NCBI GenBank assembly: GCA_964511345.1
Contig: CAZEEV010000001.1
Span: 72,089-136,088, forward strand
Reading direction: 5' to 3'
From: an uncultured Pseudomonadales bacterium
Lineage (GTDB): Bacteria > Patescibacteriota > Microgenomatia > UBA1400 > PJMF01
Length of the DNA stretch: 64,000 nucleotides
Below are positions 28,656 through 37,909 of this stretch, piece by piece. The translations under genes were made by a program, and so were the position numbers. Each line of letters starts with the position of its first letter. Positions within the stretch are counted from its first letter, which is position 1. A model generated the notes under the pieces. It was not told the DNA's origin. It did not search any database and saw only the letters and a program-made list of their open reading frames with translations.

Positions 28656-30608
28656 ATGTATATTAAAAAAGTATCGATAAAAAACTTTAAAAGTTTCAAA
28701 ACTGAGACAGAAGTTGTTTTACAAGATGGATTAAATCTAATAGTTGGTCCTAATTCTGGAGGAAAAAGCAATTTGCTTGAATTAATCCAAGCATTCTTCA
28801 ATGATGTTTTTTTTATGGATGCTAGCTTTGAACAAAACAATGAAAGCAATCCAAATAGATTGGTGGTAATAAAACCTTTTAAAGCTGTTCAACAACGTTC
28901 AGATGGCAATCAACTACAAAGAGTTTTTGATTCGCACGTAAATGGATCTGGTGAAAGCGTTCTTAAAGTTGTTTTAGCTATTACTAAAGATGATATAGAT
29001 AATATAAATGAATTTAAAAAAACAATAGATGTTTTGGAAGATTTTGAGAATAAAGAAATTGGCTCAAATTTTATAAGCCAAGTAAAAAGAGGTTTTAATC
29101 TATCTACCAAATATGAAAGCTATGTAGATTCAGATTTACCAATCATTTTTACTCTTAGTAATGATGCTCAAGTAGATAGCTCAGTAAAAACAAATGATTT
29201 AGAGGGATTATTTCATTTTTTACGTTGGAGTAGAGTTATATTTAAGTTAGCCTGGTTTTATAAACTTTTTAGACCAGATTATGAAGTAAAGTTGAGACCG
29301 TATTTTTACTATATCTCACCCGCAAGGGATTTTTCCCTTTCAGAGAATGAACATATTATTGATTTAGCTCAAGTGAATGGAAACAGTGCAAATCAATTCA
29401 CTCAGAGAAACATAAATCAGGAAAGTAGGATAAGTAATCTTGGTGTTTTAATAAGAATATTGGTTGAGAATTATTATTACGCTGGAAAGAAAAATAATCC
29501 AAGCAATGATGAGTTTAGAAAAATGTTGAATGATTATTTAAAAATGGATTTTTCAATAGCAACGCATGGAATAGAAACGCAAAATAAATACAAACTTATT
29601 TTCAGAAAAATAAGTAGTTCGTCTCTAAAACTAAGTTCTGGAGAAAGGGAATTTTTTAATTTATTGTCAACTGTATTTGCGCAGAACATACGTTCAGGAA
29701 TATTGATTATTGATGAGCCAGAAATACACTTACATCCTAAATGGCAACATATTTTTCTTGATCTTTTAAAGAGTATATCGGTAATTAGAAAAATACAGAT
29801 TATTTGTGTAACACATTCTGCATCATTTATCAGAAGAGATTTGCTTACAGGTATCATCAGAGTGTCAATGATAAATGATGAGAGTCATGTTTATCTTCCA
29901 AATAAAAGTCAAACGCAAAATACCACGATAAAAGATCAGTTTATGCTTGTTACGGCGTCGAACAATGAACGTGTTTTTTTTGCTGACAAGATAGTACTTG
30001 TTGAAGGTTATGCTGATAGAATCATTTTTCAAGCCATTTTAGATAAAGTTTATTCACAGGATAAACCAATAATTGAAATTGTTGATGTTTTTGGAAAATG
30101 TAATTTTGAAAGGTATAAAAACTTTTTATCGATTTGGGATATATCTACAAAAGTTATTGCTGACCTGGATTATTTAGCAATGGTGGATAGTGAAGCAAAA
30201 ACAAAAATTTTTTCAGTTGAAGAAAAGAAGCTACAGAAAAAATTGGAAAAAAATAATAGCGAAGATGGAAAAAGTTTATTAAAGATCTTATCTCATATTT
30301 GCGACAGTGAAGTGGACGAAGTATGTGAAATCGATAAAAATCAGTTGTGTAGTTTATATAAATATCTTAATACACGTCATTCATCTTTGGTTGTAACTGG
30401 CAGTCAAACAGATATAGATTATTATGTTGAAAAAAATAAAAAAGATAATTTGTATTTTCTTAAAAAGGGAGAAATTGAAGATTACTTTCCAGGTATAGGA
30501 AAGTTTGATATCGATTCAGCTATTGATATTGGTGAGAAAATAAAATCAGGTGAGATTGCGATAGATAAAGAGTTAGCAAAATTAATAAAAGAAGTTGCTC
30601 ACAGCTAA
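28656..30608 (+). CDS. OLD-family ATP-dependent endonuclease (ABC ATPase + TOPRIM)
   Basis: Walker A GPNSGGKS, LSSGE, IIDEPEIHLHP, VTHS; TOPRIM FFADKIVLVEGYAD, ADLD, EIEDY. Confidence 0.92.
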   Translation: MYIKKVSIKNFKSFKTETEVVLQDGLNLIVGPNSGGKSNLLELIQAFFNDVFFMDASFEQNNESNPNRLVVIKPFKAVQQRSDGNQLQRVFDSHVNGSGESVLKVVLAITKDDIDNINEFKKTIDVLEDFENKEIGSNFISQVKRGFNLSTKYESYVDSDLPIIFTLSNDAQVDSSVKTNDLEGLFHFLRWSRVIFKLAWFYKLFRPDYEVKLRPYFYYISPARDFSLSENEHIIDLAQVNGNSANQFTQRNINQESRISNLGVLIRILVENYYYAGKKNNPSNDEFRKMLNDYLKMDFSIATHGIETQNKYKLIFRKISSSSLKLSSGEREFFNLLSTVFAQNIRSGILIIDEPEIHLHPKWQHIFLDLLKSISVIRKIQIICVTHSASFIRRDLLTGIIRVSMINDESHVYLPNKSQTQNTTIKDQFMLVTASNNERVFFADKIVLVEGYADRIIFQAILDKVYSQDKPIIEIVDVFGKCNFERYKNFLSIWDISTKVIADLDYLAMVDSEAKTKIFSVEEKKLQKKLEKNNSEDGKSLLKILSHICDSEVDEVCEIDKNQLCSLYKYLNTRHSSLVVTGSQTDIDYYVEKNKKDNLYFLKKGEIEDYFPGIGKFDIDSAIDIGEKIKSGEIAIDKELAKLIKEVAHS

Positions 30609-30611
30609 TTT

Positions 30612-30941
30612 TTATAGATTCTTATATCTTTTAGGATACCTCTTTTTAAGATTAGAATTAGCTGCTTTTATTATATCTTTTCCCCAATCATCATTCTTTA
30701 GTTTGTTAGCCTTATTTGCATACAGTAGGCTTATGGGTTTATTCCATACTGATATTAGCCAAGCAATTAATATTGCCAATATTCCTACTCCACCGATAAT
30801 GATGCCAAAAATTCCGCCATAAAACATGGTAAGAACTAGGATTCCAGCAATGAGAATAGAAAGACCTCTCATTCCTTCCTTTTGAGCGACTGCTCCGCCT
30901 ATAAGCATGCTTAAAATCATCAATACAAGTATTTCAATCAT
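30612..30941 (-). CDS. small membrane protein
   Basis: Hydrophobic, Gly-rich N-terminal helices and a basic cytoplasmic tail. Confidence 0.65.
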   Translation of the reverse strand: MIEILVLMILSMLIGGAVAQKEGMRGLSILIAGILVLTMFYGGIFGIIIGGVGILAILIAWLISVWNKPISLLYANKANKLKNDDWGKDIIKAANSNLKKRYPKRYKNL

Positions 30942-31000
30942 ATGTAAATGTATACTACCAGTAAGTCGACCAACAGTAAAGATTTTTAGAAACTGTAACC

Positions 31001-31216
31001 ATGGTAAAAGTTACAGCAATCTCAATTAAAATAGGCAAAAACATTAAAAAGATCAGAGTAAATAAAGATATGACTCAGGAAGCATTAGCTTTTGATGCTG
31101 GAGTGAACCGAGCTTACATTGGATATATAGAACGTGGTGAAAGAAATCCTTCAACTGAAACATTATCTAAAATATCAAAAGCATTAAAAGTTTCTTTAGG
31201 TGATCTTCTAAATTAA
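31001..31216 (+). CDS. XRE-family HTH regulator (controller C-protein-like)
   Basis: IGKNIKKIR...MTQEALA..AGVNRAYIGYIERGERNPS. Confidence 0.92.
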   Translation: MVKVTAISIKIGKNIKKIRVNKDMTQEALAFDAGVNRAYIGYIERGERNPSTETLSKISKALKVSLGDLLN

Positions 31217-31501
31217 AGCAAAAAATCTCAAAATAACGTGTTTTTATGCATAATTGCACATAAAACGCTGTGATTTTTGTATTGCCAATAAAACCAAGCA
31301 AGGCTAATAAGATAGTTTCCAGACACGGTAAAAAGGGAGCTATAGTGTTGGTTGTTTTCCTATTGCCTTCACATAGTTTTGGTCCCTAAAATTTTATGTA
31401 ATATAAATTACGGGTAAGATTTAAATTTTTTTCAGATGACGGGAAAGCAAATCTAAGTGAATAGAATCTTCTAAGGTTCTATTTAGATTGGCTACCGTTC
31501 C

Positions 31502-31648
31502 ATGACAATCAAAGAGGCAAGGAAAATATTAGGGAGAAAAGCAAAAGATTTGTCTGATGAAGAACTTCAACAAGATATTGATGCGGCAGAATTATTAAAG
31601 GAAATTTTTTTTAGTTTATATCTTTCCAAAAGAAAATCTATTCAGTAG
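31502..31648 (+). CDS. 48-aa small protein upstream of recombinase (not in ORF track)
   Basis: MTIKEARKILGRKAKDLSDEELQQDIDAAELLKEIFFSLYLSKRKSIQ; ends 29 nt before the recombinase ATG. Confidence 0.7.
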   Translation: MTIKEARKILGRKAKDLSDEELQQDIDAAELLKEIFFSLYLSKRKSIQ

Positions 31649-31677
31649 CCATTCAATGTGCCATAATTCGGCACTAT

Positions 31678-33207
31678 ATGGAAAAAAGAGCAGTTATATA
31701 CATTCGCGTATCAGATCCCTCTCAAATAGAAAATAACAGCTTGGAGACACAAGAAAAAGAATGTCGAAAAGCTGCTGCATCTCAGGGTTACGATGTTATT
31801 AGAATTTTTAGAGAAGAAGGTAGGTCTGCCAAGCATATATATACAAGATTAGAGCTAAGGAACCTATTTGACTTTTGTTCAATCAAGAAACATGGAATTA
31901 GTGCAGTTTTTGTTTATAAAACTGACAGGTTTAGTAGAAATGTTGAAGAAGGATTGGCTGCCATTTCAAGGTTAGCAAAGCTAGACATTGAAGTTATTTC
32001 AGTTGTAGAAGGTTATGAAAACAGCGCAATGGGTCGTGCTCTAAGAGTAATGATTATGGCAATGGATCAATTAGATAATGAGCTAAAGGGAGAAAGAGTG
32101 AAGGAAAATATGTTGGCTTGTTTCAGGAAAGGATTGTGGGTTTTCAAATGTCCAGTTGGTTACAAACGAAAGTATCATACAAAAGAGGAGAATAAGGGTA
32201 TACCTCCAATAAAAGACCCCAATTTAGCACCAATCATTACAAAGATGTTCCAAAACGCAGCCACTGGTATTTACAGTAAAAGCCAGCTTGCGCGCATTAT
32301 GAACTTGGAGGGTTTCAGTGAGCATTACAGGGTAGAGGCTGATCACAAAATTGTTGATGGTATCCTAGAGAAAACTTTCTACCACGGACTCATGTATGCT
32401 CAAAAATGGGATTTATATTCTCAGGGTAAACATGAGCCGCTTATTGATGAGACAACTTGGAAAAAAGCCTATCATTATCTCATCTTAAAAAAGAAAAACT
32501 ACCAATATCATGATGAAGAACTATTTCCATTAAAAGGTACGCTTAAGTGTGAAATATGTGGGCATCCAATGACAACTTCCCCCTCAAGGGGTAATGGGGG
32601 GGTAGTGACTTACTATGAATGTCGCAATAAGGGATGTAAAAAGGTTCGTATTAATGCCAATAGTGCGCACCAGCAATTTAATGATTTACTTAGTAGAATA
32701 CAGCCGACTAATAGAGTCATTACGCTTTTTCAAAAGATGGTATTTGTTGAGTGGGATAAAGTGATTAATAAGACTCGAAAACAAGCAGATATCATTGATG
32801 ATCGTATTTATGCTTTCAAGCAAGAATTGAAGAGTATCCGCAAAGCCAAAGACGAAGGTTTGTATAGCATTGAGCAGGCTAAAGAAGAAGCTGAAAAAGT
32901 GAGTCAAGAAATTACAATATTGGAAGTAGAGCGTTCTGAAATAAAGTTTGAACAATACAATACAGAAATAATTAAAGATTTTACTGAAAGATTTCTGCGC
33001 GATCTTAATTTGTTATGGGAAAAGTTAGATCTACCTAAAAAACAGGCATTGCTTCAGAAGATATTCCTTAATACTTTGTTTGTATCAGAAGACAAAAAAA
33101 TCCGAACAAGTGAAATATCTCCATCCTTCCAACTAATTGAGGCTCTTGGTGCCTCTGATGGTGAAAATGTGACCCCATGGGGAATCGAACCCCAGTTATC
33201 GGGATGA
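31678..33207 (+). CDS. large serine recombinase (integrase)
   Basis: YIRVS catalytic Ser, DRFSRN, recombinase domain (PVGY…HEPLID), Zn ribbon CEICG…YYEC..KGC, coiled coil; last codons read through the antisense of tRNA-Glu. Confidence 0.95.
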   Translation: MEKRAVIYIRVSDPSQIENNSLETQEKECRKAAASQGYDVIRIFREEGRSAKHIYTRLELRNLFDFCSIKKHGISAVFVYKTDRFSRNVEEGLAAISRLAKLDIEVISVVEGYENSAMGRALRVMIMAMDQLDNELKGERVKENMLACFRKGLWVFKCPVGYKRKYHTKEENKGIPPIKDPNLAPIITKMFQNAATGIYSKSQLARIMNLEGFSEHYRVEADHKIVDGILEKTFYHGLMYAQKWDLYSQGKHEPLIDETTWKKAYHYLILKKKNYQYHDEELFPLKGTLKCEICGHPMTTSPSRGNGGVVTYYECRNKGCKKVRINANSAHQQFNDLLSRIQPTNRVITLFQKMVFVEWDKVINKTRKQADIIDDRIYAFKQELKSIRKAKDEGLYSIEQAKEEAEKVSQEITILEVERSEIKFEQYNTEIIKDFTERFLRDLNLLWEKLDLPKKQALLQKIFLNTLFVSEDKKIRTSEISPSFQLIEALGASDGENVTPWGIEPQLSG

Positions 33208-33241
33208 GAACCCGATGTCCTAACCGCTAGACGATAGGGCC
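33170..33241 (-). tRNA. tRNA-Glu (anticodon CTC), CCA not encoded in the current integrated state
   Basis: GGCCCTA acceptor, D arm GTCTAGCGGTTAGGAC, TCGGG-TTCTCAT-CCCGA, T arm GGGGTTCGATTCCCC; TATAAT promoter upstream. Confidence 0.96.
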
Positions 33242-33326
33242 GTTTAGCTTTGGAATTATAGCAAATTTGCTCGAATTTTGTAAACGTTACACTTCTTGCA
33301 ACTTGGTTCGTCCATAATTTAAATTA

Positions 33327-34091
33327 ATGATTATTACTTTGTTTCTTTTATTAGTAGCATTATTTTTATGGCGACCAGCACAAGTTCAGAGTTTTGACCA
33401 TCAATTTTTATTAGAAAATAATTCTATAGATCTTGATTTCTCTAAGATAGAGACAGACACCAGCTCATTAGTTGATGATTCGCAGATTAATAATATTTTA
33501 GCTTTTACTTACAAAATCAAATTAAAAGATAGCGTGCCAGCAGATTTGCCACTTTTTATTGTAGTTTTTAATAAGCAAATCATTTTTTTCGCTGATAGAG
33601 AAATGATTAATGAAGATGTAAATGAAATAGAAATTGATGTTGCTGAATTTTTAACTAAAAATCCCAACAAGTGGCCAATTTTTTATAAAAATAATGTAAT
33701 TAAAGATTTTGATCTGGAGGTAACCAATATTAGTTTAAGAAATGCATTCTCTACAGATAGAACATCAACCAAAATTCATGATTTAAATGCGATTAGAGAA
33801 AGAGATGGTTCTCTAACGATCATCTTTAATTTGGAAGAAACAAATAAATCCGTTCACTCTTATAAACTTTTTTGTCTTGATGAAAAAGAAGAAGTTGTAA
33901 GCTCAATCCCATTAAAACAAGAAAACAATTTTTTATGGCCTAGTTATTCTTTCTCTAACTTGCTAGCTAACCAGAAGAATGAACTAATTTTTAATTTATC
34001 AAAGTTTGATTGTGCTGGCAAACTTTACGTACTTGGTGATGATCAATTTATTTCTAATCAAACATTAATTGTTCAAGTGGAGGACTTATGA
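33327..34091 (+). CDS. hypothetical secreted protein
   Basis: Signal-peptide-like N-terminus; beta-rich, acidic. Confidence 0.7.
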   Translation: MIITLFLLLVALFLWRPAQVQSFDHQFLLENNSIDLDFSKIETDTSSLVDDSQINNILAFTYKIKLKDSVPADLPLFIVVFNKQIIFFADREMINEDVNEIEIDVAEFLTKNPNKWPIFYKNNVIKDFDLEVTNISLRNAFSTDRTSTKIHDLNAIRERDGSLTIIFNLEETNKSVHSYKLFCLDEKEEVVSSIPLKQENNFLWPSYSFSNLLANQKNELIFNLSKFDCAGKLYVLGDDQFISNQTLIVQVEDL

Positions 34092-34717
34092 ACCAAATTA
34101 AGATTGATTGTTTTGCTACCGATCAATCATGTCAATTAGTTTCTTTAGACCAGACTATTGAAGTTAATGATCCTTCCGAAAAAGAGGCCATTATAGAAAT
34201 TAGCAATCAAGGGCCCAATCGTTGTTTTGCCAAAATGAAGGTTCAGTCCTTAACTTCCGATGATGATTTACAAGTTTTTGAGCTGAGTATTAGTAGAGAA
34301 AAGCAAATACTTTTTAATAGTAGTTTTGCAAATTTTTCAAAAACAGAAATTAATTTAGGAGAAATATTAGCTAACTCATCTGCAACTTATGTTTTACAAA
34401 TGGATTTATTAGATCTGCTTTTAGAAGAAAAAAGCGTATTGCTTAATTTCACGTTGGTTTTTGATTTTACCTGTGAAGATTCTATTGAAGTTACTAATTA
34501 TGAGGACAAAATTTCTGTTATGGAAAGTACTCCAAACGAAAAAGCTGTTTTGTCGGCTACTAGCTCAACGGAAATAGTAGATTTATCTTCAAAATCTGTA
34601 CAAGAACCAGTCCATTTACTATTTTTATTGCCGATCTTGTTTGTCATAATTTTTTTTGTCATAATGAAACTTATTCATGGTCAAAAAAAGAAAAAAAAGA
34701 CAAAAATTGGGGTTTGA
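34088..34717 (+). CDS. hypothetical protein with C-terminal membrane anchor
   Basis: Overlapping start/stop with neighbours; C-terminal TM plus poly-Lys tail. Confidence 0.7.
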   Translation: MNQIKIDCFATDQSCQLVSLDQTIEVNDPSEKEAIIEISNQGPNRCFAKMKVQSLTSDDDLQVFELSISREKQILFNSSFANFSKTEINLGEILANSSATYVLQMDLLDLLLEEKSVLLNFTLVFDFTCEDSIEVTNYEDKISVMESTPNEKAVLSATSSTEIVDLSSKSVQEPVHLLFLLPILFVIIFFVIMKLIHGQKKKKKTKIGV

Positions 34718-35606
34718 TTGGTGGGCTTTATTTAAACCTCAGGCCTCTAATCGCTATCGTTCTAAGTTATTGCATCCGCAGTCTTTAATGGTTTTATCCT
34801 TTGTATTATTGGCTTTTTTTGCTTTATTCAATGCTTTGAGATTTTTTCCAAACTTAGCAGACAAAGTATTGGGTTCTGATTCCAATATTAGCATTGATGG
34901 TTTATTGGAGAAAACTAATCAGGAACGTCAAAAAGCGGGTCTGTCAAATTTGGTGCTTAATAAAGAATTAAATCAAGCAGCCTTGGCTAAAGCACAAGAT
35001 ATGTTTAATGATCAATATTGGGCTCACACTGCTCCTGATGGAAAACAAGCCTGGGATTTCATTAAGGAGGCTAAATATGTTTATAAATATGCTGGTGAAA
35101 ATTTGGCTAGAGATTTTAATAATGACAGTGAGGTGGTTGAAGCTTGGATGAACTCTCCATCTCATCGTGACAATATAGTAAATGAGGAATTTACGCAGAT
35201 GGGACTAGCGGTGGTTACAGACACTTTAAAAGGTTTTAAAACTACTTTAGTAGTTCAAATGTTTGCCGTACCATCTTCGGTTTCGATGAAGGGAGATAAC
35301 AAAGAAAACTTTTTTTTACCCAAAACAGCCGAATTACCCGTGGATGAAATGGAACCAGATTCTAATGCTCTAGTAGCTGGTAAAAGAAGCATTAATACTG
35401 AATTAATTTTGTCAAAAATTAATTTAACCAGAAGCTTTTTTTTGATTGTAGTTTTATTAATTATTTTAACCCTGATCTATGATGCCGTTATAGCTTCAAA
35501 TAGAAAATACCAAAGATTGGTTGGACAAAATTTTGCTCACATAACTCTTTTAATTACAGTAGCCTTCTTGTTAATTTTGTTTAAAGGAGGGACGGTTTTA
35601 CCATGA
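34677..35606 (+). CDS. CAP (SCP-like) domain membrane protein
   Basis: TNQERQKAGL, AALAKAQDM...YWAH, GENLA, WMNSPSHRDNI. Confidence 0.9.
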   Translation: MVKKRKKRQKLGFDWWALFKPQASNRYRSKLLHPQSLMVLSFVLLAFFALFNALRFFPNLADKVLGSDSNISIDGLLEKTNQERQKAGLSNLVLNKELNQAALAKAQDMFNDQYWAHTAPDGKQAWDFIKEAKYVYKYAGENLARDFNNDSEVVEAWMNSPSHRDNIVNEEFTQMGLAVVTDTLKGFKTTLVVQMFAVPSSVSMKGDNKENFFLPKTAELPVDEMEPDSNALVAGKRSINTELILSKINLTRSFFLIVVLLIILTLIYDAVIASNRKYQRLVGQNFAHITLLITVAFLLILFKGGTVLP

Positions 35607-35860
35607 AAAGTTTTTTAAAAAAAAATAAATTAGCTTATTTAATTTTGTTTTTACTATTAGCTTCATTTGTTTTCGCTTTTATGCGAGTTTGGCCCAATAG
35701 ACAATTACAACGCTATTTAACGATCGCTTTTGGTGTAAGTTATTTTTTTTGGGGTGTAATTACTCATCTTAAAAGTAAAAAGATCAATAGTGAGATAGTT
35801 TTTGAATATTTATCAATTTCTATGTTAGCTACGCTTATTATTGTTTTGATCACTTTATAA
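35603..35860 (+). CDS. small membrane protein
   Basis: Three TM segments, 'Y..WG..H' and 'IVFEY'. Confidence 0.7.
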   Translation: MKSFLKKNKLAYLILFLLLASFVFAFMRVWPNRQLQRYLTIAFGVSYFFWGVITHLKSKKINSEIVFEYLSISMLATLIIVLITL

Positions 35861-35921
35861 GTAATGGCTTGCTTTTAAAAAATAAGCGTGTTAGCCTTGA
35901 CTAGCTAAACGGAAAGGTTTT

Positions 35922-36668
35922 ATGGAAAATAAAAAAATGAAGGGAATTATTTTGGCTGGAGGAGCTGGCACTCGGCTTTATCCTCTCACCAAAGTGACTA
36001 GTAAACAGCTTTTACCTGTTTATAACAAACCCATGATTCACTATCCTTTAGAAACTTTGATTAAAGGTGGCATTAAAGACATCTTAATTATTGTTGCTCC
36101 AGATCATGCTGGTGATTTTTTAAAGTGTCTAGGCAGCGGTAAAGAATATGGTTGCCATTTCACTTATGAAATTCAAGATAAACCAGAAGGAATTGCTCAG
36201 GCTTTTTTGATTGGTGAAGATTTTATTGATCATGATAATGTCACTTTGATTTTGGGTGACAACCTTTATGAAGATGATTTCTCAGAAGCAATTCGTACTT
36301 TTAATGAGGGTGGACGAATTTTTGCCAAAAAAGTAGTTGACCCTCAACGTTTTGGCGTGGTGGAGTTTGATGAGAATAACAGAGCTATTTCTATTGAAGA
36401 AAAACCTCAGGTGCCGAAGTCAGACTATTCAGTGACTGGTCTTTATATTTATGATTCTACCGTGGTTGATAAAGTAAAAAGTTTGGCCTTTTCACATCGT
36501 GGCGAATTAGAAATTACCGACATCAATAATTTATATCTTAAAGAAGGTAGATTGGATGTGGCATTCGTTCAAGGAAGATGGTTCGACACTGGAACTTTTG
36601 AGTCGATGCATGAGGCAATTTCTTTTGCGCGAGATCGCTATCTAGCCAAAGAAGCTAGCTCACTGTAA
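35922..36668 (+). CDS. rfbA: glucose-1-phosphate thymidylyltransferase (RmlA/SpsI-like)
   Basis: KGIILAGGAGTRLYPLT..SKQLLPVY, LGDN, EEKP, RGELEITD, WFDTG. Confidence 0.9.
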   Translation: MENKKMKGIILAGGAGTRLYPLTKVTSKQLLPVYNKPMIHYPLETLIKGGIKDILIIVAPDHAGDFLKCLGSGKEYGCHFTYEIQDKPEGIAQAFLIGEDFIDHDNVTLILGDNLYEDDFSEAIRTFNEGGRIFAKKVVDPQRFGVVEFDENNRAISIEEKPQVPKSDYSVTGLYIYDSTVVDKVKSLAFSHRGELEITDINNLYLKEGRLDVAFVQGRWFDTGTFESMHEAISFARDRYLAKEASSL

Positions 36669-36677
36669 AATGATTTT

Positions 36678-37526
36678 ATGCAAAGATTGTTGGCCTGCTT
36701 GTTTGGATTTTTTCTATTGATATCTCCAGTTTATGCCCAGACTGTTGTAGATGAACAAGGCATTGCTGACAATGAGGTTTTAAAAACTGATTTGATTTGG
36801 CAAAAAGAGAGACTAGATGGAGAAATATCTGCCTTGAAGGCAACTTATCAAACCCAGTTAGAAAATTATTTATATCAAGAAAAGCTGTATAAAATTGCTT
36901 ACGATCAACATAAGCAGTTACAAACCTTGGTTTCGATTGAAGACTTAACTCAAAAAGCCAAAGCCTTAGGTCTTTCTAGAGATGAAGTACTGATTAGCTA
37001 TTTAGACTTATTAAGGTTGAACTTAATTGCTACAGAAGGTATAGAGTTATCCCTGAAGAGCAAATATTTAAGTCAACTCGAATCAAGTATTGTGTATCTT
37101 AAAGAACATCAGGAAAATCTCAAAAATTTCAATGATAGAGATGCGGTGTCTATCTCTTTGAGTACTTTTGCTAAAGATCAAAAAGATTTAGGTCAGCAAG
37201 CCAAGGAAGTACTAGTTTTGTTAGCCATTGGTAATTTACAAATGATTTATGACAAAGCAATTATCCTAAAAAAGGATATGGACACTTTTTTAGAAACTCA
37301 AGGATCCTTAAGCCTACCTGCTATAGGTAGGGCTAGCGATGAGACCAATCGCAGCTTGAGCTCGGCGAAGTTAAAGCTTGACGCTTTTTGGGCGGAAACT
37401 TTGAAAAGAAATGAAACCAATTGGTATTTGTCTAGATTTTATGATGATTTACCGAGGACGCTTAATCCCATTTATGTCAATTTATCTCAGTCCATATCTT
37501 ATTTAAATGAATTATTAGATATCTAA
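36678..37526 (+). CDS. hypothetical secreted coiled-coil protein
   Basis: Signal peptide ending VYA-Q; helical. Confidence 0.7.
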   Translation: MQRLLACLFGFFLLISPVYAQTVVDEQGIADNEVLKTDLIWQKERLDGEISALKATYQTQLENYLYQEKLYKIAYDQHKQLQTLVSIEDLTQKAKALGLSRDEVLISYLDLLRLNLIATEGIELSLKSKYLSQLESSIVYLKEHQENLKNFNDRDAVSISLSTFAKDQKDLGQQAKEVLVLLAIGNLQMIYDKAIILKKDMDTFLETQGSLSLPAIGRASDETNRSLSSAKLKLDAFWAETLKRNETNWYLSRFYDDLPRTLNPIYVNLSQSISYLNELLDI

Positions 37527-37530
37527 AATT

Positions 37531-37890
37531 ATGTTTGAACGTCAAGATTTTCAATCAAGCAATCAAACGGAGTTTGTTGATCAAGCTCAGTTTTTAGAAA
37601 AACAACGCACAGGTTTGTTGGATTTTCGTAATTTGAAAAAAAATAAAAATTTATTACCTTTTTCTATTTTAATTATTTTTGTTCTGTTATTTTTACTTGT
37701 GGTTATTTTGAAGGCTTTTTTGCCAGGTGATCAAGCAGAAATAGGTAAAACAGAAGAAGTTAAAGAAGAAGTCCAAGTTGACCCCATGCAATCGCGAGTC
37801 AATGAATTGCAAGAAAATCTTAAAACACACAACCCAACCAAACAAAGCTTACCATTTCCTCAGGTTGATTTAGAATTTAATATCAATTAG
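37531..37890 (+). CDS. hypothetical single-pass membrane protein
   Basis: One TM; C-terminal 'LPFPQVD'. Confidence 0.65.
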   Translation: MFERQDFQSSNQTEFVDQAQFLEKQRTGLLDFRNLKKNKNLLPFSILIIFVLLFLLVVILKAFLPGDQAEIGKTEEVKEEVQVDPMQSRVNELQENLKTHNPTKQSLPFPQVDLEFNIN

Positions 37891-37909
37891 AATGCTTCTC
37901 AAGAAAACT

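Larger units (their letters stand above)
26765..33175. mobile_element. ~6.4-kb integrative element inserted at the 3' end of tRNA-Glu(CTC)
   Basis: Direct repeat GTGACCC at 26765-71 and 33169-75; large serine recombinase at the tRNA-proximal end; displaced tRNA 3' end GGGTCACCA (minus strand) at 26763-71. Confidence 0.85.

Noticed and set aside
28656-30608. Gabija or retron system
   Set aside because: No UvrD-like helicase, reverse transcriptase or msr-msd-like RNA was found within the element.
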